Source: an uncultured Acidobacteriaceae bacterium
GTDB lineage: Bacteria > Acidobacteriota > Terriglobia > Acidiferrales > UBA7541
Direction: 5' to 3'
Assembly (NCBI GenBank): GCA_964622265.1
Contig: CAZUNI010000008.1
Span: 4,424-68,423 of the forward strand
DNA length: 64,000 nucleotides
The position numbers and the translations under genes are program-made. The notes below the pieces were generated by a model. That model was not told where the DNA came from. It was given only the letters and a program-made list of their open reading frames with translations, and did no database searches. This document shows positions 1-9,892 of this stretch, one piece after another. Position 1 is the first letter of the stretch. Each line of letters starts with the position of its first letter.

Positions 1-70
1 GCCTTCCGGAAGTCTCAATCGCAGTCTAAACGCTGTCAAACTCATGATGTAAGTGGCCATCTGGCCTAAT

Positions 71-1219
71 TTAGTACAGGTGCGTCTGCACGACTCCGAG
101 GGGTGCCGTCCCATGTTTAGTGGACTCGGAGTGCTTGCGGAGCAAAACGGAGACGATTCGCTCAGCGGCGTGACCATCCCATAGATGCGGGATACGTCCC
201 GCCTTCCATCTTCCAGCGACCACCGTGTCGACTGCATTAAGGATTCTATTGGGATCGAGACCGACAATCTCATTCGTGCCTTCCGTGACCGTTATTGGCC
301 GCTCCGTATTCTCGCGCAGTGTAAGACATGGCACACCAAGAGCAGTCGTTTCCTCCTGGATCCCTCCAGAGTCAGTCAAAACCAACTTGGCCCGGCTGAG
401 CAGAAACAGAAAATCGAGATAGCCGGCCGGCGGAATCATCTTGATCCCACGATGATTCCGATTCCCCAACTCTTCCAGCTTCTTCTGCGTGCGTGGGTGA
501 ACTGGGAAGATGACTGGCAATCGTTCGGCCACTGCGTCGATTGTTGTGAGCAGAGTTCCCAGACCCTCGGATGAGTCCACATTAGACGGCCTATGCAGCG
601 TCAACACAGCAAATGGACGGATGGTGCCATTCTTCGTCAAACCTAATTCATCGCCTATATGGGAGTCCTGAGCGAGAGGCAGAAATTGGCGCAGAGCGTC
701 AATCATCACATTGCCCACGAAATGGATGCTTTCACGGGAGCGGCCTTCGCGGACCAGATTTTCAATCGCATCCAGTTCGGTCACGAAAAGATAATCGGCG
801 AGTACGTCTGTCAAGACCCGATTGATCTCTTCGGGCATAGTCCGATCGAAGCTTCGAAGCCCTGCTTCCACGTGAGCAATACGGATACCGAGCTTTGCAG
901 CAGCTAGAGATACGGCAATCGTGGAATTCACATCGCCCACCACAAGAACCAAGTCAGGAGAATGCTCGATTAGAATCGGCTCAATGCGCTTCAGGACTTC
1001 AGCTGTTTGCCACGCCTGAGAACCCGAGCCGACTTCCAGATTCACTTGGGGTGCGGGGATACCCATTTGCCGGAAGAAAACCTCAGAGAGTTTTTCATCG
1101 TAGTGCTGGCCGGTGTGCACTAGAACGGGATGAATGTCCGGGCGTCTCTGCATTTCCCGGAGCAACGGCGCGATCTTAACCAGGTTAGGTCGTGCACCAA
1201 TGATGTTGATGATTTTCAT
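71..1219 (-). CDS. wecB: UDP-N-acetylglucosamine 2-epimerase (non-hydrolysing)
   Basis: 382-aa ORF. N-terminus MKIINIIGARPNLVKIAPL, HTGQHYD and DSGGIQEE motifs typical of the WecB/MnaA family. Confidence 0.9.
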   Translation of the reverse strand: MKIINIIGARPNLVKIAPLLREMQRRPDIHPVLVHTGQHYDEKLSEVFFRQMGIPAPQVNLEVGSGSQAWQTAEVLKRIEPILIEHSPDLVLVVGDVNSTIAVSLAAAKLGIRIAHVEAGLRSFDRTMPEEINRVLTDVLADYLFVTELDAIENLVREGRSRESIHFVGNVMIDALRQFLPLAQDSHIGDELGLTKNGTIRPFAVLTLHRPSNVDSSEGLGTLLTTIDAVAERLPVIFPVHPRTQKKLEELGNRNHRGIKMIPPAGYLDFLFLLSRAKLVLTDSGGIQEETTALGVPCLTLRENTERPITVTEGTNEIVGLDPNRILNAVDTVVAGRWKAGRIPHLWDGHAAERIVSVLLRKHSESTKHGTAPLGVVQTHLY

Positions 1220-1278
1220 AAAGTCATCTCAAAGACGCGGTGCCTGGCCCGCACGATTGTCACTCGAAGGACAAGTGT

Positions 1279-2454
1279 TCAAAGCCTACCTGAAGGCCGT
1301 CGAAAATGCATGGACAAGCTGCCCGCCAGGTCATGACGATCAAAGTTCGAATCGCGAGCTAACACCAGATCGACGGCCGAATTGAGAAGATTTCGATAGC
1401 GGCTAACCGGGGGATAATCGAACGTTTGAAGACTTCCGCGCAACGCGCAGACCATGTGCTTAAGTAAAGCGCGCTTGTTCGCGACGCGGCTATGTACACT
1501 ATTAAATCGGTGGTGGAGCGAACCAAGCCTGTAGCCGTAAGACTCAACACAGAGCGCCGGTTCATCGTAGCCGAGCCAGATCACCTTATCCGTTGTTCCG
1601 CCGAGGCGCGGATTGACCTCAAGAAAGTAAGATTGTGCATGCTCTGGATCATAGAGAAGATCAAAGTGATACGCTCCGGTCAGTCCTGCGAGACGGCTGA
1701 ATTCCATCAAACTCCGGCCGATTTCTGGTTGCAGCTCCGTTTTCCTTAGTCGCAGAGTTACGCCTTCGAACTTCCGGTCGGCGAGAAAAGCCACCAGGTG
1801 TTGCGGCTTGCCGTCCTCAGAACTAATTCCATGAACCACCAGAGTCGGTAACGATTGGAACGGTTGTCCCAGTATCGAATCAATAATCCGGCAACTTGCG
1901 AGCTGGCGCAACAATTCATCTGGTGAGTTTACGATTTCCACTTTAAACATCGGGTCAACAGCATCCTCAGCCGAAGGGCGCAGGCACAGCGGGTAATGTG
2001 TGGCAGGAACCTGGGCGGCATCTTCAGGCGCTCGGAACACATGCGTGGGTAAAACATTCAAACCTACCTTGCGCGCGAGATTGGCTTGAGCCTGTTTCGA
2101 TTTCAAGAAATCCAGAGTTTCGTATGGCGGAAGCAATACCTTCGCGGTGCCATCGAAAGCGATGCGTTCGCGAGAAAGCCACAGAATATGTTGTTCAGAA
2201 AGGGCAATCAGCGCTTGGGCCTTGACCTGTGTCACATAGTTGCGAATCGCGCAAATGCCTTCCGAACAATAGAGTAGCGAGGCGTCCAGGCTTCTGTAAC
2301 CAGCGACACTGGCGGAAAGATAGAACTGATGTGGGCCAATCTCAAGTAGATAAACCTGAACGCCTCTCGCATGGCAACTTCGGGCAAACGCGAGAAATGG
2401 CGGATTGAATACACCAACATAGACCAACCTCTTAAGCTGGGTCGATTGGTCCAT
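1279..2454 (-). CDS. ATP-grasp domain protein (putative carboxylate-amine ligase in the EPS locus)
   Basis: FLEVNPRLGGTTD near the C-terminus is an ATP-grasp-like Mg/ATP motif. The start is moved to the internal ATG (MDQSTQLKRLVYVG) at 2454 because the longer ORF overlaps the upstream gene by 86 nt. The start is uncertain (alternatives 2487 or 2547). Confidence 0.55.
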   Translation of the reverse strand: MDQSTQLKRLVYVGVFNPPFLAFARSCHARGVQVYLLEIGPHQFYLSASVAGYRSLDASLLYCSEGICAIRNYVTQVKAQALIALSEQHILWLSRERIAFDGTAKVLLPPYETLDFLKSKQAQANLARKVGLNVLPTHVFRAPEDAAQVPATHYPLCLRPSAEDAVDPMFKVEIVNSPDELLRQLASCRIIDSILGQPFQSLPTLVVHGISSEDGKPQHLVAFLADRKFEGVTLRLRKTELQPEIGRSLMEFSRLAGLTGAYHFDLLYDPEHAQSYFLEVNPRLGGTTDKVIWLGYDEPALCVESYGYRLGSLHHRFNSVHSRVANKRALLKHMVCALRGSLQTFDYPPVSRYRNLLNSAVDLVLARDSNFDRHDLAGSLSMHFRRPSGRL

Positions 2455-2461
2455 TAGCGTT

Positions 2462-3190
2462 TTACCCGCCAACGGCATTGCAGCCATCGTACCGATAGAT
2501 GATGTGCAGTTCACCTGTCTCCACAAGGGTCCAGACACCGCAAGCATCGATAACCGCGCGTGCCAAGGGCCTCACATAGATTAAGTAGCACTCACGCGGC
2601 TTCCCCCGCAGCGATTCCATGAGATTGGCGATGACTTTATTCATAACGGGTGCTTCGAACGGGTTGAAGAAAAAACACACCAGGTTTCCGTCAGGAATTT
2701 CGTAGTTTGCAGCGTCCATACAATCGAACTGGAGCGGAGCTTGACGCTTTGGGAGGTGGGCCGTCTTGTGCCCGTTCTGGACCGCCGCATTGTGCAATTC
2801 CTGGGCAAACTCGACACCTCGAACTTCTTTGAACGGGTACGTAGACGCAAACAAAGCGACGCGGCCCATTCCTGAACCAAAATCGATGAACGAGAACTGG
2901 TTATGGGGAATGTGCAAACTTTCGAGCAGCGATTTCACGAGCGTAATAGAGGCCGATGCGTAGAGGCGGCCGAATAAGACATTGTCGCTGCGCACCGTCA
3001 ACTCACCGAGTGGTATTCGGCCGGTGGTGCTGATGCCAAACTGCCGGTCAAATTCGAGTCCGGTCTCATCGTGCCGTCTTCGAAAGCCTAAGACCCGGAT
3101 TACTGCATCGACGGCCCCGCTTGGCACCAGTCGTACCGTGGGCCACACCCCGCGCCGTGCTACCGAATTGCGAATTCGACGAAGCCACAT
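2462..3190 (-). CDS. class I SAM-dependent methyltransferase
   Basis: FIDFGSGMGRVALFAS matches the glycine-rich SAM-binding motif I. The size is about 240 aa. Confidence 0.6.
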   Translation of the reverse strand: MWLRRIRNSVARRGVWPTVRLVPSGAVDAVIRVLGFRRRHDETGLEFDRQFGISTTGRIPLGELTVRSDNVLFGRLYASASITLVKSLLESLHIPHNQFSFIDFGSGMGRVALFASTYPFKEVRGVEFAQELHNAAVQNGHKTAHLPKRQAPLQFDCMDAANYEIPDGNLVCFFFNPFEAPVMNKVIANLMESLRGKPRECYLIYVRPLARAVIDACGVWTLVETGELHIIYRYDGCNAVGG

Positions 3191-3233
3191 AGAGTTCCTT
3201 TGCGAACTGCGCAGATTATGTATTACGTGCGTT

Positions 3234-4322
3234 TTACTTCCTCAGGCGGTCGTAAAGTTGCTCCACAACCCTCTGCATAGTTTCGGCCAGGTGGCCGCCC
3301 AACGGCACTCGGGGTAGGTTAACCGGAATTCGTTCGGAGTTGATGTCAGCGAAATGCTCCGTGCAAAAAAGATCTCGATGCCGGTCAAGATATGCACAAA
3401 GCCGCTCAAATCTCCCGACGACCTGAGGTCGAATGGATACATGTTTGCTGGACCACCGATTTTTCAAGCATTCGAAGCTATGGGAGACGATGACAAACGA
3501 CCACCAATTTGCACGCCACGCGTTTTCCATGGCTCGGATCATCTCGGCGCTGGAACAAGCTCCTAATTGTGTGTGACGGTAATGTCCGGGCCAATCTTGA
3601 AAGAAGGAAATCGGTATCTGCCACACGCCGTTCATTGGCACAGGTTGTAAGACAGGTGCGGGCGTCTGCAATCCACAGGATGATTTTAGATAGCAATAAT
3701 TATAACTTGTGTCGAATTCGATCCCCAGGGCCGTGAGCGCCTGGAGAGTGTTGGAATCGGCCGCATAATCTCCAGCGCGGAAGGCCCTCACATTTTCCGC
3801 TCCGCAACGCCGCAGGGTCTGAAGAGCCAATCGTATTAAAGTGGTCTGATCCGAAGTATTAAATCGATTCAATGCGGCCGATTTTCGCTCGGCTAACGCA
3901 CTGGCTAATTCCGGCGGCAACTCCGGAACCCATTCCGGATGCATGTGCATCTGGACCTCTTGCCCGGCCGCCTGAATTTCCTGGACGATTCGACGCAGCG
4001 GTTCCAAACCTACATGAGGCGACAATGCAAACAGTGGTTCGACGAAGAACGAAGCCTTTAAGTCATATTTGCGCAGCATTGCCAGTTGATAATTCAGGCC
4101 GCATTCGCGCGTGGCCACTAAGCCGTAAATGTCACGGTCGATATCTTGCCGTAGCCGATCGCGCCGCCACGTGGTGGTGATTGGATGCACCTCGGTATCG
4201 ATAGTGAAGAATACTTTCAGCGTGTGGCCAGTATCCGCCACATCGGTCGCTTTCGCGTAATTGCCGGAAAATTCGGCATCGACTGTGATGCTTGCGGATT
4301 TAGTTGCGAGATAGAGAGACAT
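3234..4322 (-). CDS. polysaccharide deacetylase-like protein
   Basis: VFFTIDTEVH start of a NodB-like fold, plus His-rich MHMHPEW. The call is motif-based only. Confidence 0.45.
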   Translation of the reverse strand: MSLYLATKSASITVDAEFSGNYAKATDVADTGHTLKVFFTIDTEVHPITTTWRRDRLRQDIDRDIYGLVATRECGLNYQLAMLRKYDLKASFFVEPLFALSPHVGLEPLRRIVQEIQAAGQEVQMHMHPEWVPELPPELASALAERKSAALNRFNTSDQTTLIRLALQTLRRCGAENVRAFRAGDYAADSNTLQALTALGIEFDTSYNYCYLKSSCGLQTPAPVLQPVPMNGVWQIPISFFQDWPGHYRHTQLGACSSAEMIRAMENAWRANWWSFVIVSHSFECLKNRWSSKHVSIRPQVVGRFERLCAYLDRHRDLFCTEHFADINSERIPVNLPRVPLGGHLAETMQRVVEQLYDRLRK

Positions 4323-4367
4323 TGTTCAAGTAAGATTTGGCGCTTCGTCCTGAAAGCGGCGGAGTGG

Positions 4368-5510
4368 TCAGTTGAAGCGGGGAATCAACGACGACCAATA
4401 AAAAGATTTTCTGGAAAGCGACGATTGATAGACAGTTTCATAAGCAAGTGCCATGGCTTCAATTGTAAATGAGCGGTTGGCGATGGCCTGTGCAGCTTGT
4501 CCCATTGCTGTTAGACGCTGAGGTTCCAAGATCGACAGGATGGCTTGCGCCATAGCTTCAGGATTACCCGACGGACTGTACACCGCGACTTCATGCTCGG
4601 GAGCGACTTCATAAGTCCCTCCTACCTGAGTGGAAACAATTGCTAAGCCTGCTGACATGGCTTCTAAAACAGCAAGCGGTAAACCTTCACTCAAAGAAGA
4701 TAACGCGAACAAATCCAGCCCGCTTAGGAATTCTGGGACGTTCGAGCTTGCTCCATGAAAAGTAATACTTTTGCCAAGGCCCAACTGCGACGTTAGAAGT
4801 TCCAGATTGTTTCTGAGAGGGCCGTTCCCCAGAATGTGCAATTCCGCGCCGGGAAAAACTTTTTGAACGAGGCGGAATGAACGAATTAGCGTCGCCTGGT
4901 CCTTGATATCCACGAGTCTCGCCACAGTTCCGATGCGGATTCTGGGCCATTGGGAACCCGGCTGCGCCGATTGCGCCACGAATTTGCCGACTGGGATGCC
5001 ATTCGGAATTATGTGAAATTTTTCAGTGTAGCGCGCGCGCTCCGATGCGAATTGGGCAGCAGTTTCGTCTGATACTGTGACCACTGCATCGGTCCAGGGC
5101 AACAGGATCCTATAGTTGCGATCGAGACGCCGGTCCACACCGCCCTTGCTCCCGTGAATGGTGTTTACAATGCAAGGAACACCCGCCAGCCTGCCCGCGA
5201 TTGTGCCGTACGTATGAACCAATTCGTTATGGGTATGAATCACGTAGGCGCAATCCCGGCGAAACTGCGTGGCCATCTCCCGGAGGGTTCGGATGGAGAA
5301 GCCCGTTCCTTTATTGAATTGAACCACGCGGACTCCCTCCCGCTCCGCCTCGTGAAGGAGGGCAGAATCATGCTTATAAACACAATATAGAACCACGCGA
5401 TGCCCGGAATTCTTTTGAGCGATCGCCAGGTCAACAGCGAGTCGTTCGAGGCCGCCACATTCAAGAGATCGGATTACATGGACAACGGTCATTGAATTCA
5501 GATTTGCCAC
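4368..5510 (-). CDS. glycosyltransferase family 4 (GT-B)
   Basis: C-terminal SSLSEGLPLAVLEAMSAGLAIVST (E-x7-E type motif). N-terminal GGLERL-type segment. Confidence 0.85.
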   Translation of the reverse strand: MANLNSMTVVHVIRSLECGGLERLAVDLAIAQKNSGHRVVLYCVYKHDSALLHEAEREGVRVVQFNKGTGFSIRTLREMATQFRRDCAYVIHTHNELVHTYGTIAGRLAGVPCIVNTIHGSKGGVDRRLDRNYRILLPWTDAVVTVSDETAAQFASERARYTEKFHIIPNGIPVGKFVAQSAQPGSQWPRIRIGTVARLVDIKDQATLIRSFRLVQKVFPGAELHILGNGPLRNNLELLTSQLGLGKSITFHGASSNVPEFLSGLDLFALSSLSEGLPLAVLEAMSAGLAIVSTQVGGTYEVAPEHEVAVYSPSGNPEAMAQAILSILEPQRLTAMGQAAQAIANRSFTIEAMALAYETVYQSSLSRKSFYWSSLIPRFN

Positions 5511-5528
5511 GAGTCTTGCAATGCGCGA

Positions 5529-7067
5529 TCAGGCGTTCAGTTTTGCGGACGCAGTTTCGGGAATTAGCCAATTGAGGCTGGCTTCGAGAATCCCGCCGAA
5601 ACTGGATGGAACATGTTGCTTCAAATTCAGCATGCGACGATGATCCGCCGGATTGAGAATGCCGGTCATCCGCAGGAGAAACATATAGATTGCCGCTCCC
5701 AGAATGACCGCTAGGATTACCCCCAGTAGGGGAGAAACCTGTCGAGAAGTAAAGTAAACAGTAATTGCCATGGCGATGGATATCAGGGCAATCTTTACCA
5801 CGGGGAAGATCGGAACCCGAATTTTGAGCAGACTAACTGCTGCCAGCCAAAGCGCGAGCACCGAGAACGTTTGCGCTATTCCATTCGCGAGCGCTGCGCC
5901 AACGGCCCCGTACCTGGGGATCAGTGAAAAATCAAGAATGAGGTTTAGCGCTCCTGCGACCAGTCCCCAACGAATGATCAGGTCCTGGCGTTCCCAGCTA
6001 GCCAGCAAGGCCTGGACGGGAAGGAGGAAGGCCTTTGGAATTCCCAGGCACGCAGCCACTATAAGGGCAGGCACCGCTTCCGAATATTTGTGGCCGTAAA
6101 TCATTAACATGACGGGAGCTGCAATTGCGGCCAACCCCAAGTGCACTGGAAAAGAGATGAGCGCCAGGTAACGAACGGAAGCGCCTATTAAATCGCCGCT
6201 GCGGCGAGAGTCGCGTCCGTACTGCGCCATAACCGTAGCTTCCGTGGCCGTCCCAAAGATTTGTGAAAAAATCAGGAGCCGCTCCGTGATGTTAAAAGCC
6301 ACCGAATAGAATGCGACTTGCCGGATGTCAGAGCAAAAGTTCTTTAAGAAAATCATTTCAGAGCGATCCCAGACAATTAAGCCAAGCAACAGAAGTACCA
6401 GACTCTGCCCCGAGAATAGAAACATCCGCTTGCTGAGTATCTGGTCGAGCGGCTCCGGCGGATGCGCATTCAACCGCCGGATCATGGGTACGAGACGAAC
6501 TATAAGCTCAGCCGTTCGCATCGTAAAAAGACCGATGGAAATACCGAGCAGATTCCAGCCGAAGTGGATGCTCAATCCTACGGCCAAAACAAAGATGCCG
6601 GTCGACACCAGGGAAGCAGGAACATTGGCTCTCAAATCCTCAAGTGCAGCGTTCGCACCCGCGACGACCGAATTCACCATGAACGGGAAAATACTGGCGA
6701 TCATGAAGAGCGACATCAGCCGATATCGGTGATCTCCAAAGAACCAGATCAGAACGAGACTGGTGACCATGGCAACCGCTGCGATGACTGTCTGCAAACG
6801 CAGGGTTTTGTAGAACACGGTTCTGGCAATTCCCATTTGTCCGCGCCCAAAATACTCGCTCATGTATTTACGGGTTGCCGACGGAATACCCAGACTGCCC
6901 ACCATCCCAGCCACTCCCGCAATCCACCACATGTATAGAAAGTATCCCAGTTTTTCCGGGCCGATCGAACGGGCGATGACGACGGAAGTGAAGAAGGACA
7001 GGAGGAGATTGGTGAAGGTTTCAATCCCGTACCAGAAAGAATTTTTCGCTATGGTGTTACTGTTCAT
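5529..7067 (-). CDS. oligosaccharide/polysaccharide flippase (Wzx, MOP superfamily)
   Basis: 512 aa and highly hydrophobic with many predicted TM helices. N-terminus IAKNSFWYGIETFTNLLLSFFTSVVIARSIGPEKLGYF is typical of polysaccharide biosynthesis (Wzx) proteins. Confidence 0.8.
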   Translation of the reverse strand: MNSNTIAKNSFWYGIETFTNLLLSFFTSVVIARSIGPEKLGYFLYMWWIAGVAGMVGSLGIPSATRKYMSEYFGRGQMGIARTVFYKTLRLQTVIAAVAMVTSLVLIWFFGDHRYRLMSLFMIASIFPFMVNSVVAGANAALEDLRANVPASLVSTGIFVLAVGLSIHFGWNLLGISIGLFTMRTAELIVRLVPMIRRLNAHPPEPLDQILSKRMFLFSGQSLVLLLLGLIVWDRSEMIFLKNFCSDIRQVAFYSVAFNITERLLIFSQIFGTATEATVMAQYGRDSRRSGDLIGASVRYLALISFPVHLGLAAIAAPVMLMIYGHKYSEAVPALIVAACLGIPKAFLLPVQALLASWERQDLIIRWGLVAGALNLILDFSLIPRYGAVGAALANGIAQTFSVLALWLAAVSLLKIRVPIFPVVKIALISIAMAITVYFTSRQVSPLLGVILAVILGAAIYMFLLRMTGILNPADHRRMLNLKQHVPSSFGGILEASLNWLIPETASAKLNA

Positions 7068-8248
7068 TGGAGGGCAAGGACGGAAGGTACACGCGCCAGG
7101 CGGTTTCTTTCGGCTAGCACTTCAAGACAAACGGCATATGTTTCGTCGGCAACCTGATCCCAGCTGCGGCCCATGCGCGCTGCGATCGTATCTACATTCC
7201 AAGTTCGTTTGAGACCTTCGCAAATTGCACTCGATAGTCTAGAAGAGTCGCCAACAGGGACAAGAATTCCCGAGCTATCATCGACTAACTCCGGAATGCC
7301 TCCGACGTGCGTAGCTATCACCGCGCGCCCAGAGGTTAGCGCCTCGACAACAACGTTTGGACATCCTTCAGATCTACTCGGAAGACATAGCAGGTCGCAT
7401 GCTCCCAGCCAGTCCGCGATTTCAAGACTGCTCTTGGCGCCCAAGGTGCGAACGCCATTTCCTGGAGCCGATAGAGCTTGCTTCAATGGGCCTTCGCCGA
7501 TGCAGACGAGCACTGCATTGGCGAATTCCCGGCGAACTTGGGAAAAAGCGGCAACGAGTTCAGGCAAACCCTTCGATGGCGTCAGCCATCCGACAAACAA
7601 CACCACACGGGCATCCAGATGGATGCCTAGTTTTGCTCTACTTGCGGCGCGATCTCGCGGAAAGAAAACGGAACGGTCACATCCATTAGAGATTGTTTTT
7701 ACGCGCTCAGCCGAAGCTCCCATCGAGATAACAGACGTTCGCAAATCCTCGCTCACCGTCAGAACACGATCCGCCTGCGTCACTGTCCGCATTGTCAGAT
7801 ACTTCCCGACGCCCTTGGACACAAGGACGTCGGAACCAAGTGCCCCGACGATTACGGGAATATTCAGATGCCGGCCAATCGTTAAGGCTGCATAGCCCTC
7901 AGGGTGAGTCCAAAAGGCCAGAATCAAATCAGGCTCAAGACTCTTTACGTAGGATTCAATCGCTAGACGGCATGAAATGCTGTTTATGGGGCGCGTGATT
8001 ACCGGGAGCCCTGGATAATTTATGTGCCGAACATTTACTTCCCTCGGAGAACTGTTCGAATTCGCCGGTCGATCTTGAGAAGCGTTCGAATGCACGGCGC
8101 CTCGCAAGGGATACTTGATGGTGGAGCTAACGACGTTGACGGTGGCATGGCGTTGCAGGCTCCGAACTGTGTTGTAGATATAAATTCCCCGGTGTGGTGA
8201 CGCGCTCGTGGGAAAAACGGGAGTTACTACAATAATTCGCAATGTCAT
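7064..8248 (-). CDS. glycosyltransferase family 4
   Basis: LPSRSEGCPNVVVEALTSGRAVIATHVGGIPELV motif. There is a 4-nt overlap with the downstream flippase gene. Confidence 0.85.
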   Translation of the reverse strand: MTLRIIVVTPVFPTSASPHRGIYIYNTVRSLQRHATVNVVSSTIKYPLRGAVHSNASQDRPANSNSSPREVNVRHINYPGLPVITRPINSISCRLAIESYVKSLEPDLILAFWTHPEGYAALTIGRHLNIPVIVGALGSDVLVSKGVGKYLTMRTVTQADRVLTVSEDLRTSVISMGASAERVKTISNGCDRSVFFPRDRAASRAKLGIHLDARVVLFVGWLTPSKGLPELVAAFSQVRREFANAVLVCIGEGPLKQALSAPGNGVRTLGAKSSLEIADWLGACDLLCLPSRSEGCPNVVVEALTSGRAVIATHVGGIPELVDDSSGILVPVGDSSRLSSAICEGLKRTWNVDTIAARMGRSWDQVADETYAVCLEVLAERNRLARVPSVLALQ

Positions 8249-8263
8249 GTTCCTTTGAACTTC

Positions 8264-9175
8264 TTAGAGTGGAAACGAATTTTGCTTTGGCGAGCAGACG
8301 GCTAACAAATACTTGCCGTAAATGAGAGAAAGTGGAAGAGAGCGCCAGATTCGATCCCAATATATTCTCCAGGTTCCCAGCGCCTTGAAGATCCAATACG
8401 TCTTGGGCAGGTAAATCCAGTAGCCGTGCAAGGAACGAATGGTGAAGTGTTCCGAGAGCAGATCGCACAATTCTGCTACTTCGAAGCGATGGTAAAACGA
8501 ACCGTTGTCCGGGGCTTCTTGAGGAATCCCTCTGCGCCGGTACCGGAAGCTGTAGTGCATGGCAGTTAAGATCAATCGCCCGTTGGGCTTGAGAACCCGG
8601 GCTAATTCGCTTAGATACCGAGCGCGCAAGTCAGAAGTTGGCAGATGCGAAAGGACCTGGCAGCTCAAGGCAACATCGAAAGTGCGATCTTGCAGGGGCA
8701 TACGGCTGACGTCACCCTGCACCAGACTGGCGCATTCACAACTCGGTTTCTGGAATCGAAGGAGTCCTTCCCAGGCGAAATCGATGCCCAGGAATAAAGC
8801 TGCATTCTTCACGGCGTGATTGAATTTGCCCACGCCGCAGCCTGCATCCACTACCGATAATCCCCGGCAGTCGCCCAGCGCGGCTCGCACTGCATCGAAT
8901 TCCGGAGCGGTGGCTGCATCGACCTTGGCGCCGGATCCTGCGCGGTATTCCTTATCTCGAACTTCCATCTCGGACTTTTGTAATGCGCAGAGATCGTTTT
9001 CTTTCGCAGACAAGAACCGGCTAATTTCTGCCTCGATTGGAAAAGCGCGTCCGCACAGCGGACATAACAAAGTTTCGCCAGGAGCGTCGACGTCTGTACT
9101 CGCCATTTTCTCTAAGAGGAATCGGCTATGGTCATAGGGACAGCCAAGGCGATCTAATACAAGGCTCTGCATCAT
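8264..9175 (-). CDS. SAM-dependent methyltransferase with N-terminal Trm112-like zinc-ribbon segment
   Basis: N-terminal LGCPYDHSRF...LLCPLCGRAFPIEAEISRF, followed by VVDAGCGVGKF (SAM motif I). Confidence 0.65.
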   Translation of the reverse strand: MMQSLVLDRLGCPYDHSRFLLEKMASTDVDAPGETLLCPLCGRAFPIEAEISRFLSAKENDLCALQKSEMEVRDKEYRAGSGAKVDAATAPEFDAVRAALGDCRGLSVVDAGCGVGKFNHAVKNAALFLGIDFAWEGLLRFQKPSCECASLVQGDVSRMPLQDRTFDVALSCQVLSHLPTSDLRARYLSELARVLKPNGRLILTAMHYSFRYRRRGIPQEAPDNGSFYHRFEVAELCDLLSEHFTIRSLHGYWIYLPKTYWIFKALGTWRIYWDRIWRSLPLSLIYGKYLLAVCSPKQNSFPL

Positions 9176-9888
9176 CGAATCTCTTTCGGGAGCAACCGTG
9201 CGGGGTTACCGACGGCAATGGAGAATGGCGGGACATCCTTTGCTACGACAGCGCCAGCACCTACTATCGCTCCTTCGCCAATGGTGACACCCTTGAGGAT
9301 ATAAGCTCCTCGGCCGATCCACGCATTCTTGCAGATGCGAACACTCTTTATGTCCGCAGCGGCGGGGGGCAAACCCTGCGCCCGGAGGTCCGCGTCCATA
9401 GGGTGTTCATCGCTGTCCGTAATATAGCAACCCTGCGCAATAAGAACTCCGTCTTCCACTACGATCTGCTGGCTTACCCGGAAAGAGACACGATGGCCTA
9501 AGAACACTCGATCGGATATGCGAAGCTGAGGCGCATCAAATACGTGCCCTCCAGCGATAAACAGCTCTCCTGAGATGCGCACGTCATCGCCCATGAAGAT
9601 TTTGACCGGGCCGCTTACGGCCGGGACCAGCTCAAGATACAGATTCTTTCCGCAGGAGACGCAGTAGCTCTTAAAGACAGGACTGAAATAAACAATGGCT
9701 AGAAATCGGCGTACAAACTCGATGGTGAGTTTTAGGGAGTCGTATGTCGCTCGGAGAAACAGGCCCCAGGGGCGCCAGTACGGCAGATTGAAACCAATCG
9801 CCGATTTTGCCGTTCGTTTTAGGGCGGCATAGAAAGGAGTTTCGGCGCGCTTAATTTTTAAGACAATTCCCATGAAACATCGCTCCAT
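9172..9888 (-). CDS. hexapeptide-repeat (LbH) acyl/acetyltransferase
   Basis: C-terminal NAWIGRGAYILKGVTIGEGAIVGAGAVVAKDVPPFSIAVGNPAR hexapeptide repeats, as in WcaF/CysE-type O-acetyltransferases. Confidence 0.75.
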   Translation of the reverse strand: MERCFMGIVLKIKRAETPFYAALKRTAKSAIGFNLPYWRPWGLFLRATYDSLKLTIEFVRRFLAIVYFSPVFKSYCVSCGKNLYLELVPAVSGPVKIFMGDDVRISGELFIAGGHVFDAPQLRISDRVFLGHRVSFRVSQQIVVEDGVLIAQGCYITDSDEHPMDADLRAQGLPPAAADIKSVRICKNAWIGRGAYILKGVTIGEGAIVGAGAVVAKDVPPFSIAVGNPARLLPKEIR

Positions 9889-9892
9889 TGGT

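Noticed and set aside
7173-7895. 240-aa plus-strand ORF
   Set aside because: It is antisense to the GT4 glycosyltransferase gene and has a Ser/Arg/Pro/Thr-rich shadow-frame composition.
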